A stretch of DNA of 64,000 nt from Eledone cirrhosa (GCA_964016885.1 OZ024742.1:233740001-233804000), one strand, 5' to 3'; counted from the first letter of the stretch, positions 13,942 to 28,360 are shown. The notes: a model not told the origin generated them from the sequence alone. Numbers and translations: made by a program.

Positions 13942-14407
13942 TAACAGATTAAAGTGTAAGCAAAGAATCGCTGCTTTCACCCTTAACGGAATCTCTGAAA
14001 CTAAAAAAAAATCAATCTGTGAACGCAGAAGTAAATATTTCGAAAAACGTTACACACTATATATATATATATATATATACACACACTATATATATACATA
14101 TATATGCACACACACACACAGCTACGTCATAATGTCGTAATGCAGACAGCCAGACATACAGACATATATTATAAGGGCGCAACGCTATATCTATGTATCT
14201 ATCTAAAAAGAGAAAGACTAAGAATTATAGAGAGAGCTCGCTAAATTGCCTAATACGGTCCCTAGGACATTGAAAATTTTAAATTTTTTTTTCTCAAAAC
14301 ACTCACAGGACTATAAGTATTACATGTGTAAAGTTTGAAAACAATCGGTTGGGTGGTTCTCGAGTTTTAGTGAGCGGACAGACATTCTCTGTTTTAGATA
14401 TATAGAT
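13754..14407 (+). mobile_element. Non-autonomous Helitron/Helentron-like element
   Basis: 5' ACTAGCAGAATGGCCCGGCGTTGCTCGGG and 3' AATCGGTT...ACAGACA...ATATAGAT, with internal microsatellites; resembles recalled Lep1/DINE-type ends. Confidence 0.55.
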
Positions 14408-16046
14408 AATTTCAAACGCTTCCATCAGACAAAGGTTGCATTTAGTTCTACCGCATCCACAAGGTTTTGCAGAATTAAAAATATCATCACTTTTTAGACT
14501 TCAGATAAATTTAACTAAAGAAGTAGAATTTTTTTAATGTTTTGTTCTTAAATGAATGTAGATATGAATAAAAACTATTTTAAAAACCATTAGCAGTTAC
14601 ACCTATGTAATTATGCGATTTATTATATGTTGAGACCTCACTATATTACTTCTAAGGCAAGAATCAGGGACCCTAAAATTACAATTAGCTACTGGAATAT
14701 TAGTATTCAGAGGTCTACTTATTACTATTGTAAGATAAAATGTTATAGGTATTAGACAGCCTACTAGTGTTATTAGCTTCATTAATCAATACATTATTAT
14801 CATCAATATCATTACATACATTATCTAAAACTATGGGATGGTTCAATTGCTTATTATCTACAGGAGTGGTATGTTCTGATTTGTTTTAACGAAACGATCG
14901 AAAATCAATTAAATAATTTAATTTAAATCCTTGTTAATCCCTTTTCTTTATATAAGAGTTGCGACGTCACTGATGTCAAGCTGTATCGGCCTTTGCCTTT
15001 CCTTTGGACATCATTGGTGGCGTGGAGAGGGGAGGCTAATATGCATGGGTGACTGCTGGTCTTCCACAAACAACCTTGCCCAGACTTGTGCCTTGGAGGG
15101 AAACTTTCTAGGTGTAAATCCCATGGTCATTCGTCACCGAAGGGGGTCTTTACCTTTTATATATATATATAGAATGTGGAAAGGTTCTGTTGAACAGATA
15201 AAGAGAACAGAGTGTTCTATGCATAGCACAGAGCTAAAATATTATAGTTATTATCTTCCAAGACATAAATGTTACTATTGCCGGTTTCCAGATTGTGCAT
15301 CTGAACAGCCACATGCTTCGTTTTCTTTCAGGCAATTGTTTACACCAACTTTTATGTGTTGAAGATAATAACTATGATATTATTATATATTTATAAGAAA
15401 ACGGTGGAAGTACTTTCGAAGTTTCAACTGTAATGACCGTCTTCAGACTGCAATGGTAATAGTATGAATCAGAAGAAGTGTTAAGCCGAAGTATCAACGG
15501 CAAAGAGGATCTAGCTATTGTGACAAATCTTTTTCGTGGCTTTATTGATGTCTCTCATCCTTTCGGAATCGATTAAATAAGTTAGAACTAAGTACTAGTC
15601 GATATATTCGGCAGCTCCCTTCCAACAAATTTCTGACCATGTGCATATGTAAAAAAAAACATTATTGATGGAACGACCGTGAATAAAAATAGTTATATTT
15701 TTAAAGAAATTGAAGAATGTAATTTGATTTTAAATAAAATGCAATTTCAGGTTAAAGGGAAAACGCAATTTTTTGCAAATGCAAGCAATGTGTATCTAAT
15801 CTGAAATACAGACGATATCGAAAAGTAATCAAATTATAGAGATCTTTAGATAAAAGAAACTGAAAGAGTAAGGGATAAAGAGAGTAATAGAGAGACATAT
15901 AACGAATGAAAAAAAGAAAGACGAGATAGGCTGGTGAGTGGAAGTAAGAGATAGTAATAGTTTAAGAAAGAAATTCAGTAAGAGTTAGACGAGTAAAACA
16001 CATGGATTTAATACTGTGTTTACAGCGAAATTGCAGGCGATAGTTA

Positions 16047-17764
16047 TTTAGCAGCATAGTGTATAAATGTTATTGAGACACGAATAACAATAATGATGTC
16101 AACAGCAGAAATTAGAGATGGAATGTATGTTTATTTTTGTTGTAGCACAAATAATGTTTGTTAACTTGTATGGATGAAGTTACACATAAAATGAGGTTAC
16201 AAAAGGGAATGTGCCATTGTGCCGGAAAGCCGGCAGGCCAAAGTGCAAAATCTCACCGTCACATGTTGTACGTGTTGCTGGTTCGAAGTTCTGGGTGCGA
16301 GAGGAAGATTCTTCAAATCTTCGCGGGGATTTTCTCCCTCAGGGCGCGTAGGAATACATCCTCTTCTACTGGCGTTGATTGGCTGAGCTGAGCCAAATCA
16401 CGCACATAGAATGTATGTGAGCCCGCGGAATATAGGTCACTACAATACTCCCCCTCTAGACGGAAGACGATACAGATTATTGAATCAGCAAGAAAAAATG
16501 CTGAAAGAGCACATCAGTGAAAAAATAATTGAGCAGAAGGATGCATGCAAGAAAAAAAATGAGGCGCTAATGGCCGTGTTGAGCCGCTGTGTCAAATGAC
16601 TAGCTGTTTTGTAGTTTATACGGGACCACCAAAGGTCTAACAGAAAACGGATAAAGTCTGACATGGGCGAAGTTGCTGTTCTTGCATTAAATGTTAATGA
16701 TAAGTGTTGTACCAGTAGCTGTGGATGAAGCTATTATGGTAGTTTGCCAGTGCTGGCAAGAAGATGATGGGTAGGCGAGAAAATGTTGGCCTCCCAGATG
16801 TATTGCCGAATGTGCTAGGGAGCCAGGAAAAAATGGCTGGTTGCTTTGAAAAGAAAAAAGCAAGTTGAATCTGTAGGTGGGTAGTAGTTGCAGTGTAAAT
16901 TCCATAATTCCGGCGAATCCACAGAAGTGGTGGAAATGCTGACAAGTCCAGTTCTATTTGTTGTTTTCCCAGTGAGTCGGGTAAAGTAACAAGATGGAGG
17001 TTGTTATGGACGATGAGTGTGCAACGAGATGCGAAACTGTTTGAGTTCAGCTGCAATTAGCATTCTCATGTTGCGGTGCCTGTTTGAATCCAGGTGAATT
17101 AAGCTCTATGAGTCGCTAGCATGTGACGGCACCTCAACCAGGTGAAAAGGGATCTCGCAGAATATTACGTTTGAAGAACATATACTAAGAACGACATGTT
17201 GGTGGGTGACAAAGAAATGTGTGCATATGCAGGCATGTAAAACAGCAAATAAATGTGTGGGTGCAGTCATATATACAATGATAAAGAAAATGATGCAGTC
17301 ATATATACAATGATAGAAAAAAAAATGAATTTCCATATAATACAGTTTTAAAAAAATAAATGTCAAAAATAAATGCCTGAAAAAAAAAAAAGGAAGAAAG
17401 AAAGAATTGTTTCTTTTCTTTTAACAAAAAGTTCGCTTTTCTTTTCTTTGAGATCGCTCTTACTAGGGAGCTAGTAGAGTTGTTGTTGTTGTTAAAGCAA
17501 AGTCACAATGAATCTTCTGTAGAGTCGAAGTCGAGCGTTGAAGAAACTAGAGTCACTAATATGGCAGCCACGTCTGACGCCATAGTGGTGAGAAGACTGA
17601 TGTCTTAATTTCTCGAGTCCTTGTGGTAACGAGACAGAAGGTATGGTGGTTGCGTCGGTAAAGTTACAAGCTGCCACATCACCATTCCCTGGTGTTGGTT
17701 AGCCATGTGTTGCTGCTGATGGCTTGTACTTGGTGGTAGCCATTTTGAAATTTCCTCGTGGCGT

Positions 17765-17804
<40 letters not shown>

Positions 17805-18270
17805 ACACTGCCAATTTTAATTTTATTTCAAAAGGAATATTTTGAACTGAAAATATTCATCACGTCGAGGTCACCACTTTTAGCAGCATAGTGTATAAAT
17901 GTTATTGAGACACGAGTAACATAATAATGATGTCAACAGCAGAAATTAGAGATGAAATGTATGTTTATTTTTGTTGTAGTACAAATAATGTTTGTTAACT
18001 TGTATGGTTGAAGTTACACATAAAATGAGGTTACAAAGGGGAATGTGCCATTGTGCCGGAAAGTAGGCAGACCAAAGTGCAAAATCTCACCGTCACATGT
18101 TGTACGTGTTGCTGGTTCGAAGTTCTGGGTGCGAGAGAGAGATTCTTCGCGGGGATTTTCTCCCTCAGGGCGCGTAGGGATACATCCTCTTCTACTGGCG
18201 TTGATTGGCTGAGCTGAGCCAAATCACGCACAGAGAATGTATGTGAGCCCGCGGAATGTAGGTCGCTACA
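16047..18270 (-). mobile_element. Non-autonomous LTR retrotransposon (Ty3/Gypsy-like) with two ~395 bp LTRs
   Basis: LTRs at 16047-16444 and 17879-18270 (~96% identical by manual count). GTTA TSD at 16043-16046 and 18271-18274. PBS at 17876-17859, PPT at 16457-16445. No intact ORF. Confidence 0.92.
17859..17876 (-). other. Primer binding site, tRNA-Trp
   Basis: TGGTGACCTCGACGTGAT, one mismatch from the tRNA-Trp PBS TGGTGACCCCGACGTGAT, 2 nt from the LTR. Confidence 0.85.
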
Positions 18271-19214
18271 GTTATATACAAGTGTGTGTGTGTAACGTCT
18301 TTAAAAGAACTGGATGTTCAAAGCTGGAATGCCTTTAAAGATTCTAGATGGTCACATTAAAACAGCTGGACAGTTATGGTTGAAACAACTTTTAAAAGAA
18401 GAATGGATGTTCACAATTGGAACACAGTTACAAAGGAGGGTAGGTAGTTTCAATTGAAAAGAGAGGGAATGGTCATATTTGGAGAGCAATAAGTAAGAAA
18501 CTAAAAGAAGACAAAGAGTGGAAGAGATTGAAAAAAGATTCAAGACATAGGGAAAGAAAGACGAGTGAGAGTAAAATGTAAGGATATGAGACAGAAACTG
18601 GCGATTAATTTAACGATTTAACCCTTGTCAGCATAGATAAAGGACGTAAAATGTTGTTGTTGTTGATGATGATGACGATGACATATATACATGCATATGT
18701 GTATGTTGAACCTCTGTTGATTCTGACAACTAGTCTTCCAGTTGTTTGAACAACAAAACAGCCTGCTGGTGAAATTAACATGCAAGTGCCTAAGCATTCC
18801 ACAAGCAAGTGTACTCTTACTGAAGTTCTCAGGGAAATTCAACACGATACAGTGTGTGACAAAGCTGAGTGAACTAGAATCACATAAAATAAAATGTCTG
18901 GTTCAAAAACACAAAGTACTGCTGGGATCTGAACACACAACCTTATCATTATGGGCTAAACGTACTTACCACTAAGCCATGTACGTTCACATGCATATAT
19001 TTACATAGGATAACAAACTAGATCTAAGGTTGATACAAGTTTCCATCCAAATGGAAGATCACATAGTGGTGGAATAGTACTGTAGATAGAACCACAAAAG
19101 CTAAGAGACAAGCCTAGAAAAACCATGGAAAAGGTGCTTCAAAGAACAACATCAAATAGCTAGACTGCAGGTACACTTAACAAGTAGTAAGTAGTTTGCA
19201 CATGTTGAATGACA

Positions 19215-19620
19215 TGAGGACCAGAAGTATGAGGTGTTTATGTACTAGAATAAGGACAAGAGGTGTGAGGTTTTCTGAACACAAAGTAGTGTACTAGAAT
19301 AAGAACCAGAAGTGTGAGGTGTTAGTGTACTAGAATAAGGACAAGATGTGTGAGGTTTCTGAACTCAAGGTAGTGTACTAGAATAAGGACAAGAGGTCTG
19401 AGGTGTTTAAGTACTAGAATAAGGACAAGGAGTATGAGATTTTCTAAACTCAAGGTAGAGTACTAGAATATGGACCAGAAGTGTTAGTGTAATAGAATAA
19501 GGACCAGAAGTATGAGCCGTTAGTGTACTAGAAGTATGAAGTGTTCTGAACTCAAGATACTGTACTAGAATAAGGACTAGAAGTTTGAGATGTTCTAAAC
19601 TCAAAATAGTGTACTAGAAA
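19215..19620. repeat. Minisatellite with short (~36 bp) and long (~50 bp) unit variants
   Basis: About 10 recurrences of GTACTAGAATAAGGAC-like cores, with or without a TCTGAACTCAAGGTA-like segment. Confidence 0.85.
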
Positions 19621-20708
19621 TAATCAAGACATTATTGGGGAGAGAGGTGTGTGGAATGATAATAAATCACTTGCTCTTACTCACACCAAACAGAAAAAGC
19701 ATGTTAGTGTAATCAGGAAGTCTATCATTTTTCAGAGAATCTTTATAAACACACGCAAGCAAACCTCCAAAGTTCATTCAATTACACCTTTTCATAAGTT
19801 GTGTGTTGGTGATTTTTTGGAGGGTGTGGTGAATATCACTGAAAACTAAACTCTATGGTGTGGAAATAATTTAACTTTCTCATTTCACTACTTGTCATTC
19901 TTCACATATCTGCATTATAGAGCAAAATAAATAAATAATTATTTTTAGGTAGTATAATCAGTAAATATAGGCTGCTTATCAATAAGTTAACAATTTCAAC
20001 GGCAAGATTAAATAGCAAGACTACCCTCTGTTGTTCAGTTATAAGTAAATAGTACAGAATCAAATTATATTTGAAAATAGAGGATGTCCAAAGGTTGATT
20101 CAAATGTGTAATATAATTACATCAATGATGACACAAGTTACTGTCCTGTTTTGAGAATATCTATTCCACTGACTTAGCTCTATATAAATGTCATATTTAA
20201 AAGCAGTTCTGTTTTTGAAAATTAGTCTTTAAAATAAGTCTTTAAAATCTACCATGCGTCATGGAGGCCAAAGGTTGTTTATTATTTTTTGTTGTCAAAA
20301 TTAGGGTGTGTCCTCGAGGATGAAGTGTCTTCGGCACCGGGAAATATGGTAATTAACTTTTCAAAATGAAATAAAATATATGATAATTCCATTAAAACAA
20401 TTGAGTCACCCAGCCTACTCATTAAGTGGTAATGCTGATACCATGATTAAAAAACACCCAGTCCATCCTGTCAAGTAGTAGTAGTGGTGCCATGGTAAAA
20501 GACAGCCACTACATGCTGTGAAGCGACTGATATTTGGAAGGGTATCAATCTATAAAAACTATGTCAGAATGGAACCTATGAGTGATACTCAGTCATCTGA
20601 CCTTTCTACATTCTGAAAGTAACAACATGTCTAATATATGTAAGAATGGAAAATAGATGTAAAACAGTTGAATTGTTAAAATAATTTGATCATGCAAGCA
20701 AATTTAGC

Positions 20709-20936
20709 TTACCCCTTTAGCATTTAAACTGGCCATATCCGGCCAGAATTCTCTCACGTCTTTCTGCTCAAACCGGTCATAACCAGCTGCTCATATCGAT
20801 GTTATGGTATTGTTCTCAAAATAAATAATATCAAAATCTCATAGATTTCATATTATCTGAGATAATTAAGTGAAATAAAGCTTTTCTGTGAAAATACTAT
20901 AGTAAATATAGAGTAATGTGAATGCTAAAGGGTTAA
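20709..20936 (+). mobile_element. piggyBac-type MITE (other copies 27161-27363, 28995-29210, 29410-29629, 31709-31937)
   Basis: Family termini TTAA CCCTTTAGCATT...AATGCTAAAGGG TTAA (the left flank of this copy reads TTAC) and a shared internal sequence. Confidence 0.85.
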
Positions 20937-21169
20937 CTCAGAGCAATAAATTACTATTTACTACATGGTAGGTTTACAATTGATGTAGTTTCATCACAAG
21001 CAGTGGACTTTCTGAATCATTAGATCCTTGTGGTGTTTAGTTAAGTTTTACTTGTATTTCTACTTCTCAAAACATAAGAATTAAATTAAAATTCAGAATT
21101 TGACGGAACCATATCTAATTTACTTAGTAATGAAATAATGAGTTTAGTAAATATCTCAAAAGTCTTTAT

Positions 21170-21304
21170 TACCATATTTCCCGGCGTCAAAGATGTTACT
21201 TTTTTTCCTAAAATAAGTCTCTAAAATAAGTCTAAAATTTTCGGTTGTCAAAATTAGTGTGCGCCCTCGAGGATGAGGCATCTGCGGCGCTGGGAAATAC
21301 GGTA
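21170..21304. mobile_element. pogo/Tigger-like MITE (partial copy ~20220-20352)
   Basis: TACCATATTTCCCGGCG...CGCTGGGAAATACGGTA inverted termini. Confidence 0.7.
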
Positions 21305-21913
21305 ATTAATTGAAATAGAGTGTAATTCATTAGAAATATGGTCATAAAAGGATTAAATCATAATGACACACTAAATAAGTTCATTATGATATTTAGACCA
21401 TAGAAAGAACTAACCACTCCAACTTTATTTACACTAATGTTATATAAACTTAACACCGGTAGAAACTATATAGGGACATCCATACTCCTTAAAGGGTCAT
21501 TGATTCCACCACCATTGACTTGATCTTAAAGTTGAATTTACAAAGAACCCTTTATGTGTTCGCTCAAGCTGCTAGAAATAGTAGTAGTATTCCCTACATA
21601 AACCATATATTGGATAATGTAGTCCCGAGTACTTTATCTGAAAATAAAATTAGAGGATCATAAGAGAAAGGCTTTGATCATAGGTCTGCTTCTCAAAGCC
21701 AATCTGGAACTAAACAACATCATCAACTAGGAGTGTATCAAGAGGCAAATCAATTTGATGGAAGTTATCTTACTACAGGCTATCATCAGAAGTTATAGGT
21801 GAAGATATCAATGGAAAGAAATAGCCAAAGTGGAAATCAAAACTGCAGCTTATCTGACTAGGAATTTACTACAACTTTATCTCTCACATGCCTAGAGAGA
21901 AATATAGTAATAT

Positions 21914-22158
21914 TTAACCCCTCCAGTGTATTTCAAATAAAATTCACAGTATATGTGTGTCAATTAGCTTTCAAAATAATCAAGAATTTGTTGAAGGAAT
22001 TTAGTAAAACAACCAATTTTGTTATCATTAAGCTGGTGATTGGAACATAATTTAATAAAAGGGTTCTTACCCAAAATTATGAAGGAAACTTTAAATTTAA
22101 TTATGTATATTTTACGAATGAAAGATAGTTTTTGATGGGTTAATCTCAAAAGGGTTAA
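21914..22158. mobile_element. Second piggyBac-type MITE
   Basis: TTAACCCCT...AAAGGGTTAA ends. A similar element at ~29794-30196 is split by a SINE. Confidence 0.55.
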
Positions 22159-22214
22159 ATACACCAAATAGATATAAGTTAACTTACAGGCAGATATAAT
22201 TTGATACAATAGAG

Positions 22215-22554
22215 CAGAAGTTCTCAGAGTGGGAGCTACAGCACCCCATGGGGCCTTGAGAAGGTCCAGTGGGGTGCTGGGGCCTAAAGAGGCAGTGGGG
22301 GTAGAGATGATACAATAGTATATTAAATATCAAATGATACATATTATATATAAATAGAGTAAAATAAAAAATATATAATATTTGTTTATACATAGTATAT
22401 ATTACATTATTTATTAAATTTAAATTAACGATTTTATTTATGTATTATTTACAGTTTGCATGTGGGCAGGTCTCTCTAGAAATAGCGTTGGGAGCACTGA
22501 GGGTATTATGTGGCTGTGAGGAGAGCAGTGGCCCAAAAAGTTTGAGAACCACTG
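22215..22554. mobile_element. hAT (Charlie-like) MITE
   Basis: CAG..GTTCTCA / TGAGAACCACTG TIRs with an exact 8-bp TSD CAATAGAG. Confidence 0.85.
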
Positions 22555-23620
22555 CAATAGAGTATATTGTTTTGTTTTTGTAATTGATGATGATGATGAT
22601 GATGATGTTGTTGGTTTGGCCCTAGGTCAAGCCTGGCTCAGCAGGATCAAATGTATCCCAGATGTGTCCATTCCATCTTTTTTACAGGCATCTAGAACTA
22701 TATCATCTATTGCATATTTTCTTTATCTAAGACAGTATAGAGTAATTTGATACAAATTTGGCTGCTATTTCTAGCAGGTCAAGCATGCATGCATGGAATG
22801 AAGTGTTTTTGCTCAAGAACACAACACACAGCCCAGCCCAGGAATCGAACACACGACATTACAATCGTAAGTCCAACACCCTTACTACTAGGCCACGTGC
22901 CTTCACGCAAGCCAAGCAGCAGTGTAGAATAGAAATTCCCTCATTGGTAGAGATATTTACAATAGGTAGGATTCGTAAGTTTTCCTTTCCAAAAGAGGAT
23001 TGACCTAAATTGTTAGAAAACTAACAAAAATGGACAACAACAATGTAATGAATATAAAACCTGATTGATCCAATGAAGGAGCCTCTTACTGGTTACTTGA
23101 ACTGCTAGAGTTAGCAGTTAAATCTTCCTCAAATCACAACCTACCATCTTAGAAAAAGATATATTGGATAATGTAGTCCTGGGTTATCTTAACATATGTA
23201 TAAAGGACAGGATATTCACAGCTTGACTGTTTTTGATCATAAGTTTTCTTGATCGGGGTTGATTTGAGGTTAAACAACAACAAAACAAATTTTAATAATG
23301 TCGTTTTCTTTATTGTTTCTTTTTTATTGTATTGTCAGAGGAGGAAGATTAACACATAAGGCTGTTTTCAGAGACCTCATGACAAGTGGAGGGAAGATGT
23401 CTTCAAACAGGAGACTAGACACAAATACTTGCAGCAGAATAGACATCAGTAAAAGCACCCAAAGGCCAAATGCTGGTCTCAAACCAAATGATCAATTATG
23501 TCTACCTTCAAAAAACAGGAACACTCCTTTAAACGAGTTTTCGCCAAGTTTCCAAATTTCGCTCACATGGATTTGGTTACCTCAAAGTTATTATTGAAGA
23601 TACTTGCCCAATGTGGTGTG

Positions 23621-23793
23621 CAGGGCTAGATTAAGACCTTCTGGGCCCTAATCACTGAAAAGATTATAGTATCCCCATATACAGTATATGAAAAAAATAA
23701 ACATACACTGTACTGGAAAAGAAACTATGTAACCTTTCTTTACTTGAGACCCTAGAAATGTGCTTATTTTGTTTAATAATTAATCCAGGGCTG
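23621..23793. mobile_element. hAT-like MITE (second copy ~25137-25310)
   Basis: CAGGGCTAGATTAA...TTAATCCAGGGCTG termini; internal similarity between the two copies. Confidence 0.55.
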
Positions 23794-24210
23794 GTGTCAT
23801 GCAGTGTAGTTAAACCTGAAACTATATAGTTATGAAGCAAATTTTTTAACCACAGAGCTATGCCTGGACCTATACAACATACTTATCATCAAAGGGTATT
23901 CCAGCTATGACAATCCCATCTTTTGTTTTCTTTCAGATACAGTGTAACTTGGATTATATTAACCAATGTACCCTTCTTCAATTAAAGTAGTGGGATATAA
24001 CTTCAGAGATTTGGCTGTTATGTTTAGCAGGTCATACGACCACATAGCAACTACCTCATTAACTCATTTTCCAATAAATAATTGCAGTTAGCAGTGTAAA
24101 GTAGAAAGTAAGGTTCATAGTAAACTGCATTTGGGAGTCAAAATGTTGATTACAATCTATTGTTATTTGAGAGAAGAGGAGATTACCCAAGGACACTTCT
24201 TCATATTAAA

Positions 24211-24525
24211 CAGTGATTCCCAACGTGGGGTGCACACCCCACAGGAGTACAATTTGAATATTTAAGGAGGTCATTTGGAAATGATGTTAATGAGAACAAA
24301 CTTAAGGTTTTACTTTATTACTTTTACACCAAGGTAACTTTGGTGCACATTACTGCCAGAAACTTCTGTCTCACCTCCTCTTCCATATGTTATTGTGCAT
24401 TTGGCACAACCTATACACCAATTTGTTTACACTTTGTAATTGCTATTTCCATATCAAAGAGGGGGGGGGCATAATTTTTTAGATGTTGAGGTGGGGTATG
24501 GTACTCAAAAGCTTGGGAACCATTG
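24211..24525. mobile_element. hAT (Charlie-like) MITE
   Basis: CAGTGATTCCCAA / TTGGGAACCATTG TIRs; near-identical 8-bp flanks. Confidence 0.7.
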
Positions 24526-27500
24526 ATATAAAAAAATACTCAATGTAGCAAGACAGAATATTACTTAATTAATAAAAGCTGCACCTATAGTAAGGAGAAA
24601 AAAGAATATTGCAGAATAATGAAGCATGGGTGTGGATACAGTATAAATAAATGTTTAACAGGTTTGCTTCACAATCATCAGGTCATGGGTTCAATCCTGA
24701 GACATCTTGTGCAAGTGTCATTTACCATAGCCTCAGACTGATCCATGCCTTGTGCGTGAAACTGGGCAGATGGAAACTACTTGGAAGCCAGTTGGGTGGA
24801 CTGGCCTTGTTACACACTGTATCATACTAAATCTGCCTGAGAAATAGGTTAATGTTACACAGGTCTGTAGAATGTTCAACTACTGACACATTCATTTCAT
24901 GAGTAGACTGTACTGCTGATTGAACAACTGGAACAGTCATAGTTAAAACCAATGGAGGTCCATCCATTATGAGCAAGAAAAGAACGGGAGACAACTCCAA
25001 AATCTAAATTAATTAAAAATTGAATCTTTGACAAGTACTGTAACAACGGCAGACATGTTTCAGTCTTATTAGACTTTCTCAGCAAAATATCATCTTACCA
25101 GTACTTACCAGACCCTAGATAGGTGAGATATATATATAGGGTGGATTAAAACCCTAGCATCTCTAACCACAAAAAGATTATGGTACTTCCATATACTGTA
25201 TGCTAGAAAAAAACTCCTATATACTATACTAAAAAAATCTCTATGGAGTCCCTCATTACTTGAAGCCCAAAGTATGTGCTTATTTCAATTAATTGTTAAT
25301 CCATAGTTGGATATATAGATTTTGTGTGAATAAACATTGACAATGTTGTGCAAAGATTCAATAAGGAAGCCTTTATGCAGTCACTTGACCTGCTAGAAAC
25401 ACAAACCAAATCTTCTTCCAATCACATTTTATATTTTTGAAAAAGGTCAAATTAAATAGTTCTAGATACAATGAATCTGAATAATAAAAAAAATAGATGA
25501 TCAAGGCTGGTATGCCTATGATAACAGGTCTAATCAACTTGGGCTTTACAACGCAACCCCCAACAAGTTGATTATACCCGTCTGCAGTATTAGGTTAGAT
25601 CATAGACTCCTATATTGAGAATATGTCCTGTATTAAAGAATGGTACATGCTTCTCTTTTACTAAAGCGTATATTATAGGCCTCTAGCCTAAATCCCAGCA
25701 TGTAAAGAGACATTGATCTAGTGTGCTATGAAGCACCAATAGCATGGCAATATCTATATAGGGTGATAACTGTTAGAAATAAAGTCAATGACAGGAAGTT
25801 ATTATAAAACCATTGAAGGAAGGTGGATGGTATGAGCTAGAATAAGGGTAAAAGTGGGAAAGAAAATATCTAGTTGTGTTAGAGTTAACAAATTCAAGAT
25901 AGGCTAGGGGGTATGAATTAATATGGTGAGGGCTATAATGGGAGAGGGGATTACCTAAAGCAGCTATAAGGGAATATATAATATATGCATTGACAGAAGA
26001 TAGTGATTACATAGTCACAACAGAGAAGAAATGTGTGGCAACAGGCAGCTACAGGAAAAATATTATATTTAGAAATAATGAATGAAAGGTGAGGGTGTAT
26101 GGCAATGCATATGAGGTGGGTGGGATAGGGTAAATCAACTGAACTAAAAGAAAGGTGATGCCAAAAAATAAAACAAGAGAAATACATAATAGAAAGAAAT
26201 TCACAAGAAACTATTAAGATCGTATGAAATTTGATCTTACATAAACTAAACCTAGAACTGGCACAAAACTATTGTTTAGAAACACCCAACATTCCCTTCA
26301 GCAGAATGCTTCATATATTCATATAGATTAACTCCAGCACAGGTAACAAGCAAGCAAGGTTTCCACTACATGGTTACTCAGTCTGCTAGAAATAGAAACC
26401 AAACTTCCCTCAAATCACATCTCCAACATCTTAAAATGAAAAAAGGAAGAGCACATTAGTAAATATAATCCTAGATACTTTTAAAAAAAGATGGGATGGT
26501 CATGGCTAAAATTACTTTGATCATAGGTCTACTCAATCAGAGATAACCTGGGGTTAAACAGCAACAAATGCACAGTAAATTGGTTTTAATACATCTAAAC
26601 CCAGAAGGCTTGTTAGGCCGGTGCTTATTCTGGTTTCATGGCGTGAAGCGACTGAGAGAACAAGACTCCTCCCTTAGTCCATCACAGAGTTAAATTCCCA
26701 GCTATTGCTAGTACTCATTTTCAGCTGAGTATACTGGAGCAACGTGAAATGAAGTGCCTTGCTCAAGAACACAACACACAACCCAGCCCAGGAATCAAAC
26801 CCACAACATTATGATCGTAAGTCCAACACCCTTACCACTAGGCCATGCACTTCCACTATAATACATAGATCCTTAAAATAGTAATTAGACATATATCATC
26901 AGCTACTTATATTTTCCATGCTATCATGGGTTAGATAGGTTATGTTCTGAGGCTAGACAGGTCAGGTGACAAAATCTTGCTCATACAATACAATTTTGGA
27001 ATAGTTTCTATGGCACGATGCTCCTCCTAGTGCCAAGCACTTTACAGCATGTAACCACCTTACAGGATGGACTGGGTGCTTTTTATTTTGACAACACCAC
27101 CACATTATGGAGTGGGTTGGATGCATTTTATCATGGCACCAACACAACTCTATTACCACTTTAACACTTTAGCATTTTAACCTGCCATATCCGGCCAGAA
27201 TTTTCTCACCTCATTCTGTTCAAATCAGACCATACTGATGTTAAGGTATTGTTCTCAAAATAAATAATATCAAAATCTCATAGATTCGATATTATGTGAG
27301 GTAAAACCTTTACTGTGAAAATACAATAGTGAATATAGAGTAATGTGAATGGTAAAGAGTTAAGGCAATTACTGTGTCCTTAGACAGGCTGGAAAGGTTG
27401 TGAGGGGAGCAGGAGAGCAAGATATATGCTGTTTTCCAAGGAAGCAGGGTCATCCCACAGAGGGAGATGGAGGAGAAGAGTAAACATTGGATGAGGGTGG

Positions 27501-28307
27501 CCTTGACAAGGATGAGTGATATCTAGCAGTTTATTGTGGGACATGTCTGTCTTTCCATGATGACATGGATTCAGTTGAATCAGAGATGTGACTGTGGAGG
27601 AGTACATTGTGGGGATACATCCATCTTTCCATATTAGCATGGGTTGGACAAGGAAGTATGTGAGTGAGGGGGAAGATTAAGGAGGCGGATTTATATAGTG
27701 AGGGAGGGGAAATGAAGGGGGTGTGTAGAGAGTCAAGGAGTGAGGAGCCTATTTGTATGAGGGTATCTAAATATCGTCATACCTCTCTGCTTCTTCACTA
27801 TCAACAGTTCATCCCTCCCATGTAGGAAGTTGTGCCTTCTGTAGTATGACGAATCATCATGTGTCATCTCCTTCTTGAGGTTAAGTCTCTCTCTCTCTCT
27901 CTCATATATATATATCGATCGACTTTTGTTAAATCAGACCGAGGAAACAATGTTCCCGTTGGTCTTTCCAATTGCTAATACTCTCTATTGGTCGCAACTC
28001 CAGGTAGAAGGAGCAATGTGAAATAAAGTGTCTTGCTCAAGGACATAACGCATCACCCAGTCCAGGAATCGAACTTACAACCTCACAATTGTGAATCCAA
28101 TTCTCTAGCCACTCAGCCACATGCCTTCACATATATATGTAAATGTAATGTGGTTGGTATTGGGAAGGACATCCAGCTGTAGAAAACCTGCCAGATACAG
28201 TTCTATACGAGTGAGACACAGTCACCTGACCAATCTTACCTCAAGTGGGACAATCTAGTCTAACCCATGCTAGCGTGGAAGATGGGCGTTAATTGATGAT
28301 GATGATG

Positions 28308-28360
<53 letters not shown>

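Larger units (their letters stand above)
21550..26570. repeat. Cluster of six ~200 bp copies of an old retroposon-tail-like repeat (21550, 22605, 23075, 23885, 25365, 26370)
   Basis: Shared CTGCTAGAAATAG...CTCAAATCACA...GATCATAGGTCT...TAAACAACAA in both orientations; further copies near 40280 and 51980. Confidence 0.7.

Noticed and set aside
15405-15450. Hammerhead-like CTGAAGA...GAAA on the minus strand
   Set aside because: Stems I and II cannot be paired convincingly; at best a decayed relic.
19215-19620. CRISPR-like array
   Set aside because: The spacers are homologous to each other, there are no cas genes, and the context is eukaryotic.
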